Positions 22,556 through 31,911 of a stretch of DNA of 32,000 nucleotides are shown here, piece by piece. This stretch comes from Raphidiopsis brookii D9 (lineage in GTDB: Bacteria; Cyanobacteriota; Cyanobacteriia; Cyanobacteriales; Nostocaceae). How positions within the stretch are numbered: position 1 is the stretch's first letter; every line of letters begins with the position of its first letter. Location: contig ACYB01000020.1 in the NCBI GenBank assembly GCA_000175855.1, positions 60,001 to 92,000 on the forward strand, in the 5' to 3' direction. The notes beneath the pieces are model-generated. The model made no database searches. It was not told the origin of the DNA and saw only the letters and a program-made list of their open reading frames with translations. The translations under genes and the position numbers were made by a program.

Positions 22556-22750
22556 CTACTTTAAGCGAGTTCTTTGCTGACGACGTTGCTTGTGTCTAGC
22601 AATTGCTTTTCGCTTTTCTTTTTCTAATGGGGTTTCAAAATGACGGTTTTTGCGCATGTCCTGGAAAATTCCCGCTTTGGAAACTTCTCGTTTAAACCTA
22701 CGTAAGGCTGACTCAATTCCTTCATTTTCCCCTAAAACCACTTGTGTCAT
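22556..22750 (-). CDS. rpsU: 30S ribosomal protein S21 (paralog 1)
   Basis: 64 aa; [58 protein letters not shown]. Confidence 0.93.
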   Translation of the reverse strand: MTQVVLGENEGIESALRRFKREVSKAGIFQDMRKNRHFETPLEKEKRKAIARHKQRRQQRTRLK

Positions 22751-23232
22751 TATTGTTGCTCCTTTTTCGTTAATATTTACAAACTAGACAGTAAAAATGC
22801 AAAAAGCAAGTTCTAACAGGTACTGAGTTCCGTTCATAACCGCTTGTAAAAATCTACTTATATCTAGGCAATAATGCTCAAATCTATGCAGAGGGAAGTT
22901 AGCGGTTTATCTTCCAAAAAATCGTTCTTAATACTTACGTTTGCGCTGGGCAGATTGCTCTAACCATTGCTTGACCAAGAACTCCCAGTCAGAGATAGCA
23001 TGGAAACTGTAACGCTTAATACTAGATTTCTTTATTAGGTTATTCAGTTGATTCTACAGGCCCGATACGTGGTTTCCATCCTTCACGGAGAGATAGGCGG
23101 TTATGGAGCCTTTATATCTTTGTTTCTGATATAGAATGCACTTAATTATATAGGCATTCTGGAAGAATTGCATAGGCCTAGATATTTTTATTCAGCTACT
23201 ACCCCCATATTTAAAAATCTTTCCTCACAGGA

Positions 23233-23547
23233 TTAATAACGATGGTCGTGACCAGCACTTCCAGAACGTCCTCCTCCCCAACCACCACGGGAAGACTCTC
23301 TTTCTTCACGGGGTCTGGCCTTGTTCACTTTTAATTGTCTACCTTTGAATTCTTTACCATTTAAAGCATCAATTGCTGCATTCTCCTCAGCTTCATTAGA
23401 CATTTCTACAAAACCAAATCCCCGTGGACGACCTGTTTCCCTATCAGTGGGTAGCTGCACTTTACTCACGTTGCCATATTTAGAGAAAGCACTTTTCAGA
23501 TCTTCTAATGTCACATCATAGGACAGGTTTCCAACATAAATCGACAT
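23233..23547 (-). CDS. RRM-type RNA-binding protein with Gly-rich tail (cyanobacterial Rbp family)
   Basis: RNP2 IYVGNL and RNP1 RGFGFVEM; tail [17 protein letters not shown]. Start chosen at [12 protein letters not shown] (track ORF extends to 23565). Confidence 0.93.
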   Translation of the reverse strand: MSIYVGNLSYDVTLEDLKSAFSKYGNVSKVQLPTDRETGRPRGFGFVEMSNEAEENAAIDALNGKEFKGRQLKVNKARPREERESSRGGWGGGRSGSAGHDHRY

Positions 23548-23723
23548 AAAGTAATGGTCTCCCAAACCGACAGTGTAGAGAGTTAGATTCGGAGAGACGC
23601 ATTAAAGTAATTTTAAAACGAATTACTCAACCGAAAATAATTCTTTCATCCGTAAGTATAGCATAGTTTTTGGCAACGAACCCAAAAATGAGTAACATTT
23701 TCTCAAAAAGTTCTGCTTTAGTG

Positions 23724-24596
23724 CTATGTCAAAAATTCAGTTAATATTTCTTTGACTTTCTGGGATAGTATTTCATGTTCCGGAAAGTTACTAGCTAGTA
23801 AACAACCCCATTGGTTTACATCACCGGTATTATATTTTAGGGAACTGCCATCCAAATGTGTAAATTTACCCCCTGCTTCCGTCAAAATTAGTTCGGGGGC
23901 AGCTATATCCCAGTCTTTGGGAGCGGACTGACCGGAGAGGGAAATATAAACATCTGCCTGTGCTTCGACAATAGCGGTCACTTTACAACCCACACTACCA
24001 ATAGTTTTTTGTTGTTTACAGGGAAGATTTGCCAGTAAATATTCTAACTTCTCATTTCTGTGGGAACGGGTGACTACCAGAATTAAATCTTCTATTGGTT
24101 TGTTGTTATTTACTTTGAGTTGCTGGCAACCATTGGCTGTTTCCATAAAAGTACCACCACCTTTGGTAGCATAATAGATTTTTTCTGCTTCCGGTATGGC
24201 CACAACTGCTAAAATTGGTCTGTTGTTTTGTACTAAAGCAATATGTAGGGCATATTCTCCGGTTTTACCAATAAAATCCTTTGTCCCATCTAGGGGGTCT
24301 ATAATCCAAACCAGTTCTGCAGGGTGTTGACCTGGTTGACTTTTATAAGTTTCTTCACAGATATAACCAAATCTTTCTTGACCAAAAGCTGCTTGTAACC
24401 GTGAGAGTATGTACTCACTAACTGCCAGATCTGCTATGGTTACAGGAGCATCCTGTTCATATTTAATATCTAGGTTTCCATCCCCCACGGTTCCTCGATA
24501 ATAGGACCTGAGTAGGTTGGCTGCTCCCCAGCTGACTCCAAGAGTGATTTTTAATATGTGTTGTAAATCGATCACGATTTTTGCTCCTCCATCCAC
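23724..24596 (-). CDS. cysQ: Inositol monophosphatase family / 3'(2'),5'-bisphosphate nucleotidase CysQ-like
   Basis: 290 aa; WIIDPLDGTKDFIGKTGEY and WDIAAPELILTEAGGKFT metal-binding motifs. The exact start is uncertain. Confidence 0.82.
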   Translation of the reverse strand: MDGGAKIVIDLQHILKITLGVSWGAANLLRSYYRGTVGDGNLDIKYEQDAPVTIADLAVSEYILSRLQAAFGQERFGYICEETYKSQPGQHPAELVWIIDPLDGTKDFIGKTGEYALHIALVQNNRPILAVVAIPEAEKIYYATKGGGTFMETANGCQQLKVNNNKPIEDLILVVTRSHRNEKLEYLLANLPCKQQKTIGSVGCKVTAIVEAQADVYISLSGQSAPKDWDIAAPELILTEAGGKFTHLDGSSLKYNTGDVNQWGCLLASNFPEHEILSQKVKEILTEFLT

Positions 24597-25438
24597 CGTC
24601 GTGTACCAAATAGTTCACAGGATTTAGCTGCAATTTGACTGGCTAATACCAAGGCCGTGGTAAAACTAGATTGTAGAATGTAATGGCAAAAAGCACCATG
24701 GAAAATATCTCCAGCGCCCAAGGTATCAACGGTTTTGATTTGAGGTACATGGATAAAACCTGTTTGACCAATGCTATAATACTCAATGGGTTTTTCTCCT
24801 TGGGTAATTGCTATATGGGGAATGTTAAATCCTATGAGATAGGTGAAAATATCTTGACGGGTTTGACATGGAGGAGGTTGAAAGTTGGCTGAACAAATGG
24901 CATAGTCGATGTAGGGCAAAATTTCTTCCAGTCCTTCTTTCCAGCTACCTCCATCCATGACAATGGGAATGTTCTGATTTTTGGCCTTCATGACGAGGGT
25001 TTTACTGGCAACCATTTGATGTCCATCAATTAAGATTAGATCTATGCCTTCTAATATGTTGCTGGGAATTGAGCTGATCTCCCCAGGACTTTTCACCGCA
25101 TTCAGGGAAATTACTGCCCTTTCCCCTGTTTGTTGGGTAACAATAATTGAGGACACAGGGGGTGGTGTTTTTTTGTGAGGATCTAAATCGATTATTCTAA
25201 TTTGATAGTTGGCTAAGTCTGTACTAATTAATTGTGTGAGATGATGGGAACCTAAAACACCTAAAATTGTAGAGTTATTATCTAGGTAACTAAATGTAAC
25301 GGAAGCGTTGGTTGCAGGCCCACCAGCTGCTACAGTATAGTCCATGGCAACTAATTTTTGATTATTCTTGGGTGGTGATTCGGCTAGATAAATTAGATCC
25401 AGGGTGATTAAACCAATAAATAAAGCAGATTTTTTCAT
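24572..25438 (-). CDS. PfkB-family carbohydrate kinase
   Basis: 288 aa; N-terminal AAGGPATNASVTFSYL and C-terminal DTLGAGDIFHGAFCHYI. Overlaps cysQ-like by 25 nt. Confidence 0.88.
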   Translation of the reverse strand: MKKSALFIGLITLDLIYLAESPPKNNQKLVAMDYTVAAGGPATNASVTFSYLDNNSTILGVLGSHHLTQLISTDLANYQIRIIDLDPHKKTPPPVSSIIVTQQTGERAVISLNAVKSPGEISSIPSNILEGIDLILIDGHQMVASKTLVMKAKNQNIPIVMDGGSWKEGLEEILPYIDYAICSANFQPPPCQTRQDIFTYLIGFNIPHIAITQGEKPIEYYSIGQTGFIHVPQIKTVDTLGAGDIFHGAFCHYILQSSFTTALVLASQIAAKSCELFGTRRWMEEQKS

Positions 25439-25446
25439 CGGAAATC

Positions 25447-26349
25447 ATGGGTAGGTGTTCTCCCCCGAGTAGTTGTTTGGAAATGAAATTTATGCAAGCT
25501 GAACCGAAACCAGGAACATTATATATCGTTGGCACCCCCATTGGAAATTTGGAGGATATGACCTTTCGGGCGGTACGAATTTTACAAGCTGTGGACATGA
25601 TTGCAGCAGAAGATACTAGACATACAGGGAAATTATTGCAGCATTTTCAAGTTCACACCCCCCAAATCAGTTATCACGAACATAATCGCACTGGCCGCAT
25701 TCCCGAAATTTTGACCTATTTACATTATGGTAAGGCGATCGCTTTGGTCAGTGATGCGGGAATGCCAGGAGTTTCTGACCCAGGTCACGAGTTAATTACA
25801 GCTTGTGTAGCTGCAGGAATTGATGTTGTTCCTATTCCCGGTGCTACGGCGGTCATTACGGCTTTAAGTGTTTCTGGGTTGGCAACAAGCAAGTTTGTTT
25901 TTGATGGATTTTTACCAGCTAAGCGTCAGCATAGGCGAGAATATTTGGAAACCTTGTTAATGGAAACTAGAACTTTGGTGTTTTATGAATCACCCCATCG
26001 GTTAAGGGAGACCCTGGAGGATTTAGGAGAGATTCTAGGTGGAAGCAGAACCATAGTAATGGGTAGGGAATTAACTAAATTATATGAGGAAATTTGGCGG
26101 GGAGACATCAAAGACGCGATCGCCTATTACCAGGGAAAGGATCCCCAGGGGGAATATACTTTAGTGTTGGGGGGAGCATCACCAAGTCAACCTGAAATTA
26201 CAGAAGCTCAACTGAGGGCTGAACTTTTAGAAATAATCAAACAGGGAGTGTCTCGCTCCCAGGCCAGCAGACAGTTGGCTCAAGAAACATCTATTTCTCG
26301 CCGTTATTTGTACCAGTTAGCACTTTCTATTGACCAAGAGGGTGTTTGA
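25447..26349 (+). CDS. rsmI: 16S rRNA (cytidine(1402)-2'-O)-methyltransferase
   Basis: 300 aa; GTLYIVGTPIGNLEDMTFRAVRIL, AEDTRHTGKLL, ALVSDAGMPGVSDPG. True start may be MKFMQAEPK or MQAEPK, slightly downstream. Confidence 0.94.
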   Translation: MGRCSPPSSCLEMKFMQAEPKPGTLYIVGTPIGNLEDMTFRAVRILQAVDMIAAEDTRHTGKLLQHFQVHTPQISYHEHNRTGRIPEILTYLHYGKAIALVSDAGMPGVSDPGHELITACVAAGIDVVPIPGATAVITALSVSGLATSKFVFDGFLPAKRQHRREYLETLLMETRTLVFYESPHRLRETLEDLGEILGGSRTIVMGRELTKLYEEIWRGDIKDAIAYYQGKDPQGEYTLVLGGASPSQPEITEAQLRAELLEIIKQGVSRSQASRQLAQETSISRRYLYQLALSIDQEGV

Positions 26350-26400
26350 AACCGGTAATATGACAATGGATATTATTGATAAATTGAGGACAGACCAAGA

Positions 26401-26580
26401 ATGACCCAAGTGGTTCTAGGAGAAAACGAAGGAATAGATTCAGCCCTACGTCGGTTCAAACGCCAGGTTTCTAAGGCTGGTATTTTGGCTGACGTTAAGT
26501 ATCATCGTCACTTTGAGACCCCCCTGGAAAAGCGCAAACGGAAAGCTGTGTCCGCCAGACGGAAACGCCGTTTTAAATAA
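26401..26580 (+). CDS. rpsU: 30S ribosomal protein S21 (paralog 2), absent from the supplied ORF track
   Basis: Manual translation of ATG 26401 to TAA 26580 gives 59 aa: [59 protein letters not shown]. Confidence 0.93.
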   Translation: MTQVVLGENEGIDSALRRFKRQVSKAGILADVKYHRHFETPLEKRKRKAVSARRKRRFK

Positions 26581-26601
26581 GCTTATTATTATAGCCTAGC
26601 C

Positions 26602-26634
26602 ACCTGCGATGCACCCTCAGTGGATGCCGCAGGT
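26602..26634 (+). terminator. Hairpin downstream of rpsU paralog 2
   Basis: ACCTGCG (26602-26608) pairs with CGCAGGT (26628-26634), with inner CAC/GTG pairing; 22 nt after the rpsU stop. No strong poly-T follows. Confidence 0.4.
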
Positions 26635-26658
26635 TAGCTTGTTGTATAATACACGAAG

Positions 26659-26853
26659 TTAAAAGCGCCACCATTTTGTTTGTAAGTAACTTAAAACACC
26701 AATTGCGATCGCTCCCAAAAATAATAGTCCAATGATACCACTGGGTAGAAAAGTAATAATTCGTAAACCCCTAAGTATGAATAGAGCTACTCCCATACCT
26801 AAAAGGATACCCACAAACTGAGTTAACTGACGATTGAAAAAAGATTGTTTCAC
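26659..26853 (-). CDS. Small hypothetical membrane protein
   Basis: 64-aa ORF with two hydrophobic stretches (FVGILLGMGVALFIL, GIIGLLFLGAIAIGVLSYL). It fits the intergenic gap without conflict. Confidence 0.55.
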   Translation of the reverse strand: MKQSFFNRQLTQFVGILLGMGVALFILRGLRIITFLPSGIIGLLFLGAIAIGVLSYLQTKWWRF

Positions 26854-26922
26854 TTAACTATATCCTAAAACTGATTCTACTCAAATCATATCCAGAAAAT
26901 CCACTCAGCAGACTGTAATTAA

Positions 26923-27492
26923 TTGGAGAAGTATTTAAAAACCATTGTAGCTAGGCGGAAATATATGCTTTTGAGTCAAGACAAACATAAATCACTCATT
27001 GAAGGGGAGATACTAGTACAAACTCGTCCCCATAATGCTTGGGGTGGTGCTGTCACTGCTTCTATATATTTACCTTTAGTGCGTTCTTATGTGTGGGAGC
27101 AAATAACAGAATACCCACGCTGGGTAAATTATTTTCCTGATTTGACTAAAAGCGAACTTATCTCCCCAGGAAATAGTAGTCAGGGAAATGTCAAATTTTT
27201 ATACCAGCGTGCCCAGAAGGCCTTTTTATTTTTTACAGCTCAAGTGGAGATTTATCTAACTGTGATAGAAGTTTTGGGAAAACAAATACAGTTTAGGATG
27301 GAGAGAGGAACATTTGAAGATTTTTATGCCAACCTACAATTTCAGGATATGGGGGATGGTACATTACTAATATATACGGTAGAAGCAACACCAAATATTC
27401 CTATTCCATCCATGTTAATCGAACAAGGAATGTCCCGGGGATTACCGGATAACCTACGCAAGATGAGACAATTTTTGTGTAGTCGAGCGTGA
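26923..27492 (+). CDS. SRPBCC-family (START/Coq10-like) protein
   Basis: 189 aa; pattern YLPLVRSYVWEQITEYPRWVNYFPDLTKSEL...FLYQRAQKAFLFFTAQVE typical of cyanobacterial polyketide-cyclase/SRPBCC proteins. Confidence 0.65.
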   Translation: MEKYLKTIVARRKYMLLSQDKHKSLIEGEILVQTRPHNAWGGAVTASIYLPLVRSYVWEQITEYPRWVNYFPDLTKSELISPGNSSQGNVKFLYQRAQKAFLFFTAQVEIYLTVIEVLGKQIQFRMERGTFEDFYANLQFQDMGDGTLLIYTVEATPNIPIPSMLIEQGMSRGLPDNLRKMRQFLCSRA

Positions 27493-27495
27493 CAA

Positions 27496-30111
27496 TTAAC
27501 CAGGAACTACCAGGGGTGAACCACGGAAAGCTAAACGTTCATTTTGGACATCAACAAAAATCCTATCCCCCTCATCAAATTCACCCCGCAAGATGGCCTT
27601 GGCAATTTGAGTTTCTAACTCTCTTTGCAGGGCACGTTTGAGTGGTCTAGCACCAAATACGGGGTCGTACCCAACTTCTGCTAAAAAGTCGAGAGCGGAT
27701 CCAGAAAGTTCTAGAGACATTTTCCTGTCAGTTAATCTTTGTGTGAGTCTTTCTACCTGTAGTTGTACAATTTTCCGCAACTCGGACTTTTGCAAACTGT
27801 GGAAAATAATAATTTCATCAATACGATTGAGAAACTCAGGACGGAAACTATTTCTCATAGTTTCCATGACTCGATGGCGCATTTCATCGTAGCGGGAATC
27901 ATCTCCAGCAACATCAAGAATATACTGGGAACCGATGTTACTGGTCATGATAATAATCGTATTTTTAAAATCCACGGTTCGACCTTGGGAGTCAGTCACC
28001 CGACCATCGTCTAGGATTTGCAGAAAAATATTAAATACATCTGGGTGAGCTTTTTCAATTTCGTCAAATAAAATTACCGCGTAGGGACGACGACGAATAG
28101 TTTCTGTTAATTGCCCACCTTCTTCATAACCAACATAACCGGGAGGGGCACCAATTAATCTAGAAACTGTATGCTTCTCCATATATTCTGACATGTCAAT
28201 TCTCACCAGAGATTCTTCTGTGTCAAACATATAAGCAGCTAGGGCTTTGGCTAATTCTGTTTTACCCACACCCGTGGGTCCTAGGAAAATAAAACTGGCA
28301 ATGGGACGATTGGGATCTGCAAGTCCTGCACGGGAACGTTGAATCGCATCTGCTACTGCAGTTACTGCTTCAGCTTGTCCAACTACGCGCTGATGCAGTT
28401 CCTCTTCTAAATGCAATAATTTTTCTTTTTCCGATTCGACTAATTTGCTAATGGGAATACCAGTCCACTTAGAAATCACTTCTGCAATATCCCCTGGAGT
28501 CACTTCTTCTCGCAATAAAGATTTACCAGTTCTTTGGGTATTGGCCAGTTCGGTTTCGATGTTTTCCAATTGTTCCTGAAGTTCGGGAAGTTTACCATAT
28601 ATCAACTCAGAAGCACGCTCATAATTGGTGATTCTTTGTGCTTGTTGAATTTCTAAATTAATCTTATCAATATCCTCCTTAATCGATTGAATTTTGGTGA
28701 TAATATCTTTTTCCGATTGCCATTGAACCCTCAAAACCGCCTGTTCTTCTTTGAGATCAGCTAGTTCTTTTTCTAGTCTTTCTAAGCGCTCACGAGAAGC
28801 AAGATCACTTTCCTTTTGTAAAGACAACTTCTCCATTTCTAATTGGAGAATTTTGCGATCAATTTCGTCTAATTCTTCCGGTTTAGAGGTAATTTCCATT
28901 TTTAATCTAGCAGCAGCTTCATCCACTAAATCAATAGCCTTATCTGGTAAAAAGCGATCGCTAATATAACGACTAGATAAAGTAGCAGCAGCAACCAAAG
29001 AACTATCAGAAATTCTCACGCCGTGATGGACCTCATACCTTTCTTTTAACCCTCTGAGAATAGAGATTGTATCTGGGACATCTGGTTGATCAACATAAAC
29101 CTGTTGAAAGCGTCTTTCCAAAGCAGCATCTTTTTCAATATATTTCCGATATTCATCTAAAGTTGTGGCTCCAATACAGCGCAATTCTCCCCGTGCCAAC
29201 ATTGGTTTTAACAGATTGCCCGCATCCATTGCTCCTTGGGTAGCACCTGCACCAACCACCGTGTGAATCTCATCTATAAATAATACAATATTGCCACCAG
29301 ATTCGGTAACTTCCTTTAATACGGCCTTGAGTCTTTCTTCAAATTCGCCCCTAAACTTGGCGCCAGCAATTAAAGCTCCCATGTCTAAAGCGATGAGTTT
29401 TCTATCTTTCAAAGATTGGGGTACATCTCCGGCGACTATTCGTTGAGCTAAGCCTTCAGCAATAGCAGTCTTACCCACTCCTGGTTCACCAATTAATACG
29501 GGATTATTTTTAGTTCTGCGGGAGAGAATTTGAATGGTTCTCCTAATTTCATCATCCCGACCAATTACCGGATCCAGCTGACCTTTTTTAGCTGCTTCTG
29601 TGAGGTCACGGCCATATTTTTCCAGTGATTGATATTTTCCCTCTGGACTTTGATCTGTCACTTTTTGACTCCCTCGAATTTGTTTAATAATATTTTTTAG
29701 TTTTGCCTCATCCAGACCCGTTTCTCGCAGTAGATTTTTGCCAAACCGATCATCTTTACAATATCCCAATAATATATGCTCTACAGAAACATATTCATCT
29801 TTGAATTCCTGACGATATTTTTCTGCACGATCCAATAATGTATCTAAACTGCGTCCTAAATATACGGATGTGCTAGTTCCTGATACTTTAGGCTGACGAA
29901 TAATAAATTGCTCAGTATAATCTGTAATTTTTTTAATATTGGTTCCAGCTTTGGTGAAAATTGCATTCCCCAATCCATCTTGTTCTAACAAGGCTTTCAT
30001 TAAATGCTCACTTTCTAGCTGCTGTTGTTCGTACTGTTTGGCTATATCAGGAGTATGAGCAATAGCTTCCCAGGCTTTTTCTGTAAATTGGTTAGGATTA
30101 TTTGGCTGCAT
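27496..30111 (-). CDS. clpB: ATP-dependent chaperone ClpB
   Basis: 871 aa; ClpB N domain, two AAA+ modules ([26 protein letters not shown]) and a long coiled-coil middle domain. Confidence 0.96.
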   Translation of the reverse strand: MQPNNPNQFTEKAWEAIAHTPDIAKQYEQQQLESEHLMKALLEQDGLGNAIFTKAGTNIKKITDYTEQFIIRQPKVSGTSTSVYLGRSLDTLLDRAEKYRQEFKDEYVSVEHILLGYCKDDRFGKNLLRETGLDEAKLKNIIKQIRGSQKVTDQSPEGKYQSLEKYGRDLTEAAKKGQLDPVIGRDDEIRRTIQILSRRTKNNPVLIGEPGVGKTAIAEGLAQRIVAGDVPQSLKDRKLIALDMGALIAGAKFRGEFEERLKAVLKEVTESGGNIVLFIDEIHTVVGAGATQGAMDAGNLLKPMLARGELRCIGATTLDEYRKYIEKDAALERRFQQVYVDQPDVPDTISILRGLKERYEVHHGVRISDSSLVAAATLSSRYISDRFLPDKAIDLVDEAAARLKMEITSKPEELDEIDRKILQLEMEKLSLQKESDLASRERLERLEKELADLKEEQAVLRVQWQSEKDIITKIQSIKEDIDKINLEIQQAQRITNYERASELIYGKLPELQEQLENIETELANTQRTGKSLLREEVTPGDIAEVISKWTGIPISKLVESEKEKLLHLEEELHQRVVGQAEAVTAVADAIQRSRAGLADPNRPIASFIFLGPTGVGKTELAKALAAYMFDTEESLVRIDMSEYMEKHTVSRLIGAPPGYVGYEEGGQLTETIRRRPYAVILFDEIEKAHPDVFNIFLQILDDGRVTDSQGRTVDFKNTIIIMTSNIGSQYILDVAGDDSRYDEMRHRVMETMRNSFRPEFLNRIDEIIIFHSLQKSELRKIVQLQVERLTQRLTDRKMSLELSGSALDFLAEVGYDPVFGARPLKRALQRELETQIAKAILRGEFDEGDRIFVDVQNERLAFRGSPLVVPG

Positions 30112-30212
30112 ATTTTTTCATAACTCATAAACAACTCTGTTTAATTCTAATAGGGGATTCAGCTATTTTGGGATCGGTCTTCCTCTCCTGATAATGTAGT
30201 ATTATCCGGTAC

Positions 30213-31343
30213 TTAAGTTAGAGTCTTTTGCGGCAAATAACCCTCAACTAAACAGTCACAACCAACTGTACGCCAATTAACCCGTTCTAAAACCAAAGAT
30301 TCAGTCATAGAGTTCAAGCCCAAGTCACCAACGGGCGTAGGTGCGTATATACCACCAATAATTTTGGGAGCAATAAAAGCCAGGACTTTTTGCACTGCAT
30401 TTTCGGCAATTGCTCTTGCAGCTAAAGTTCCCCCGCATTCCCACAGCACGGTACAAAAGCCACGCTCATACAGATGAGCCATTACCAGTCCCGGTGTTAA
30501 TAGAGGTAGTTCCAGGACTTCTACACCCTTTTGGAGTAACATTTGCTGAAAATTAGGTGAACTACCTTCCTGAGTCAATACCAAGGTAGGAGCTACCCCG
30601 GTGTCCCAAAGATGGGCATTTTCTGGCAAATTCAAACTAGCACTCATCACTACTCTCAAGGGATTATATCCTGCTTGTTGGTGAGTTGTTAACTGAGGAT
30701 TATCCCGTCTAACTGTATTACCACCAACAATTACAGCATCACAAGCCGCTCTGAGTTGATGAACTTCGCTGCGGGCTTGATTGTTTGTAATCCAAGTGCT
30801 GTGTCCAGAATTACTGGCAATTTTGCCATCTAAGGTCATGGCATACTTCAAAATGCCTAAAGGTTTCTGGTGTAGAATACGATAGACAAAACCTTCATTT
30901 AGTTTCTGACAAGCTTCTTCTTCCACTCCTACAATTACCTCTATACCTGCTGCACGTAGTCTAGCAATACCAGCGCCAGCTACCAATGGGTTAGGATCAA
31001 CCATCCCCACAACGACTTTAGCCACACCCGCGTTAATTAAAGATAGAGAACAGGGAGGAGTCCTTCCATAATGGTTACAAGGTTCGAGACTTACATAAAT
31101 AGTGGCTCCACGAGCCCTTTCCCCAGCAGCTCTCAAGGCAAAAACTTCCCCATGGGGCTCGCCAGCACGAGGGTGAAAACCTTCGCCGACAATTTCCCCG
31201 TCTTTGACCACCACTGCTCCCACTAGGGGATTGGGGGAAGTGCGTCCCAAAGCCAACCGCGCTAATTGTAAACACCTTTGCATCATTAGCGCGTCAAACT
31301 CTATATCTAATATATTTGATGGTACTGTGAGTGGGGTTAACAT
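30213..31343 (-). CDS. ribD: Bifunctional riboflavin deaminase/reductase
   Basis: 376 aa; HGEVFAL and VSLEPCNHYGRTPPC deaminase zinc motifs; reductase domain LKYAMTLDGKIASNSGHSTWIT. Confidence 0.94.
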   Translation of the reverse strand: MLTPLTVPSNILDIEFDALMMQRCLQLARLALGRTSPNPLVGAVVVKDGEIVGEGFHPRAGEPHGEVFALRAAGERARGATIYVSLEPCNHYGRTPPCSLSLINAGVAKVVVGMVDPNPLVAGAGIARLRAAGIEVIVGVEEEACQKLNEGFVYRILHQKPLGILKYAMTLDGKIASNSGHSTWITNNQARSEVHQLRAACDAVIVGGNTVRRDNPQLTTHQQAGYNPLRVVMSASLNLPENAHLWDTGVAPTLVLTQEGSSPNFQQMLLQKGVEVLELPLLTPGLVMAHLYERGFCTVLWECGGTLAARAIAENAVQKVLAFIAPKIIGGIYAPTPVGDLGLNSMTESLVLERVNWRTVGCDCLVEGYLPQKTLT

Positions 31344-31386
31344 TAGCTATTTTCCACCTGATAACTACATGATAAATTACAAGTTA

Positions 31387-31911
31387 TTAACTACGAGTTA
31401 ACTTAATAATTTTTTGCCACCAATGATTGAGAGGGTAATACACTACAGGAGCCCAAAGACTGCTAAGAATAGCAGAAGAAAGAGTAGATCTCTGGTAGTA
31501 TATCCGAATATCCTCGATCATCTCGAAACAATTAGGTCTACAACTATTATTCGTAAAGAATAACTGAACAACAAAAACAGTGTTTGATATAAGAACCATG
31601 ATAAATACTATCAAGGCAATGGAAATAAAATCCTCCTTAATAAAACGCTGTTTTTGCAGTCGACTAGTTAGTATTCCTACAATTGCTAGGCTCAAGGCGT
31701 GGGAAGGATGAGGTGCTGTTAAAGCATCTTGCAACAATCCCACAATTATACCCGCGAATGCACCAGCAATCGTGGGACGTTTGACACTCCAAGCCACTAG
31801 CCAAATCAATGGCCAGTTAGGTGCTATTCCCAATAGCTCTGTACCCAAAAATCTGGTTGGTGACATTAACAAGCATGCAAGCGCGGATGCAAATATAACT
31901 ACCCAATTCAA
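31387..31911 (-). CDS. mreD: Rod shape-determining protein MreD, 5' end uncertain
   Basis: Hydrophobic 174-aa ORF with LLGIAPNWPLIWLVAWSVKRPTIAGAFAGIIVGLLQDALTAPHPSHALSLAIVGILTSRLQKQRF. The called TTG start (31911) is probably internal: the same frame stays open to the window edge (..PLIPPLKDWYPWLRKGLNWVVIF). Confidence 0.85.
   Translation of the reverse strand: MNWVVIFASALACLLMSPTRFLGTELLGIAPNWPLIWLVAWSVKRPTIAGAFAGIIVGLLQDALTAPHPSHALSLAIVGILTSRLQKQRFIKEDFISIALIVFIMVLISNTVFVVQLFFTNNSCRPNCFEMIEDIRIYYQRSTLSSAILSSLWAPVVYYPLNHWWQKIIKLTRS

Noticed and set aside
22751-23232. Possible transposase or mobile-element remnant in the rbp-rpsU spacer
   Set aside because: No terminal inverted repeats, target-site duplications or transposase motifs seen; only a short protein-like peptide, reported separately.
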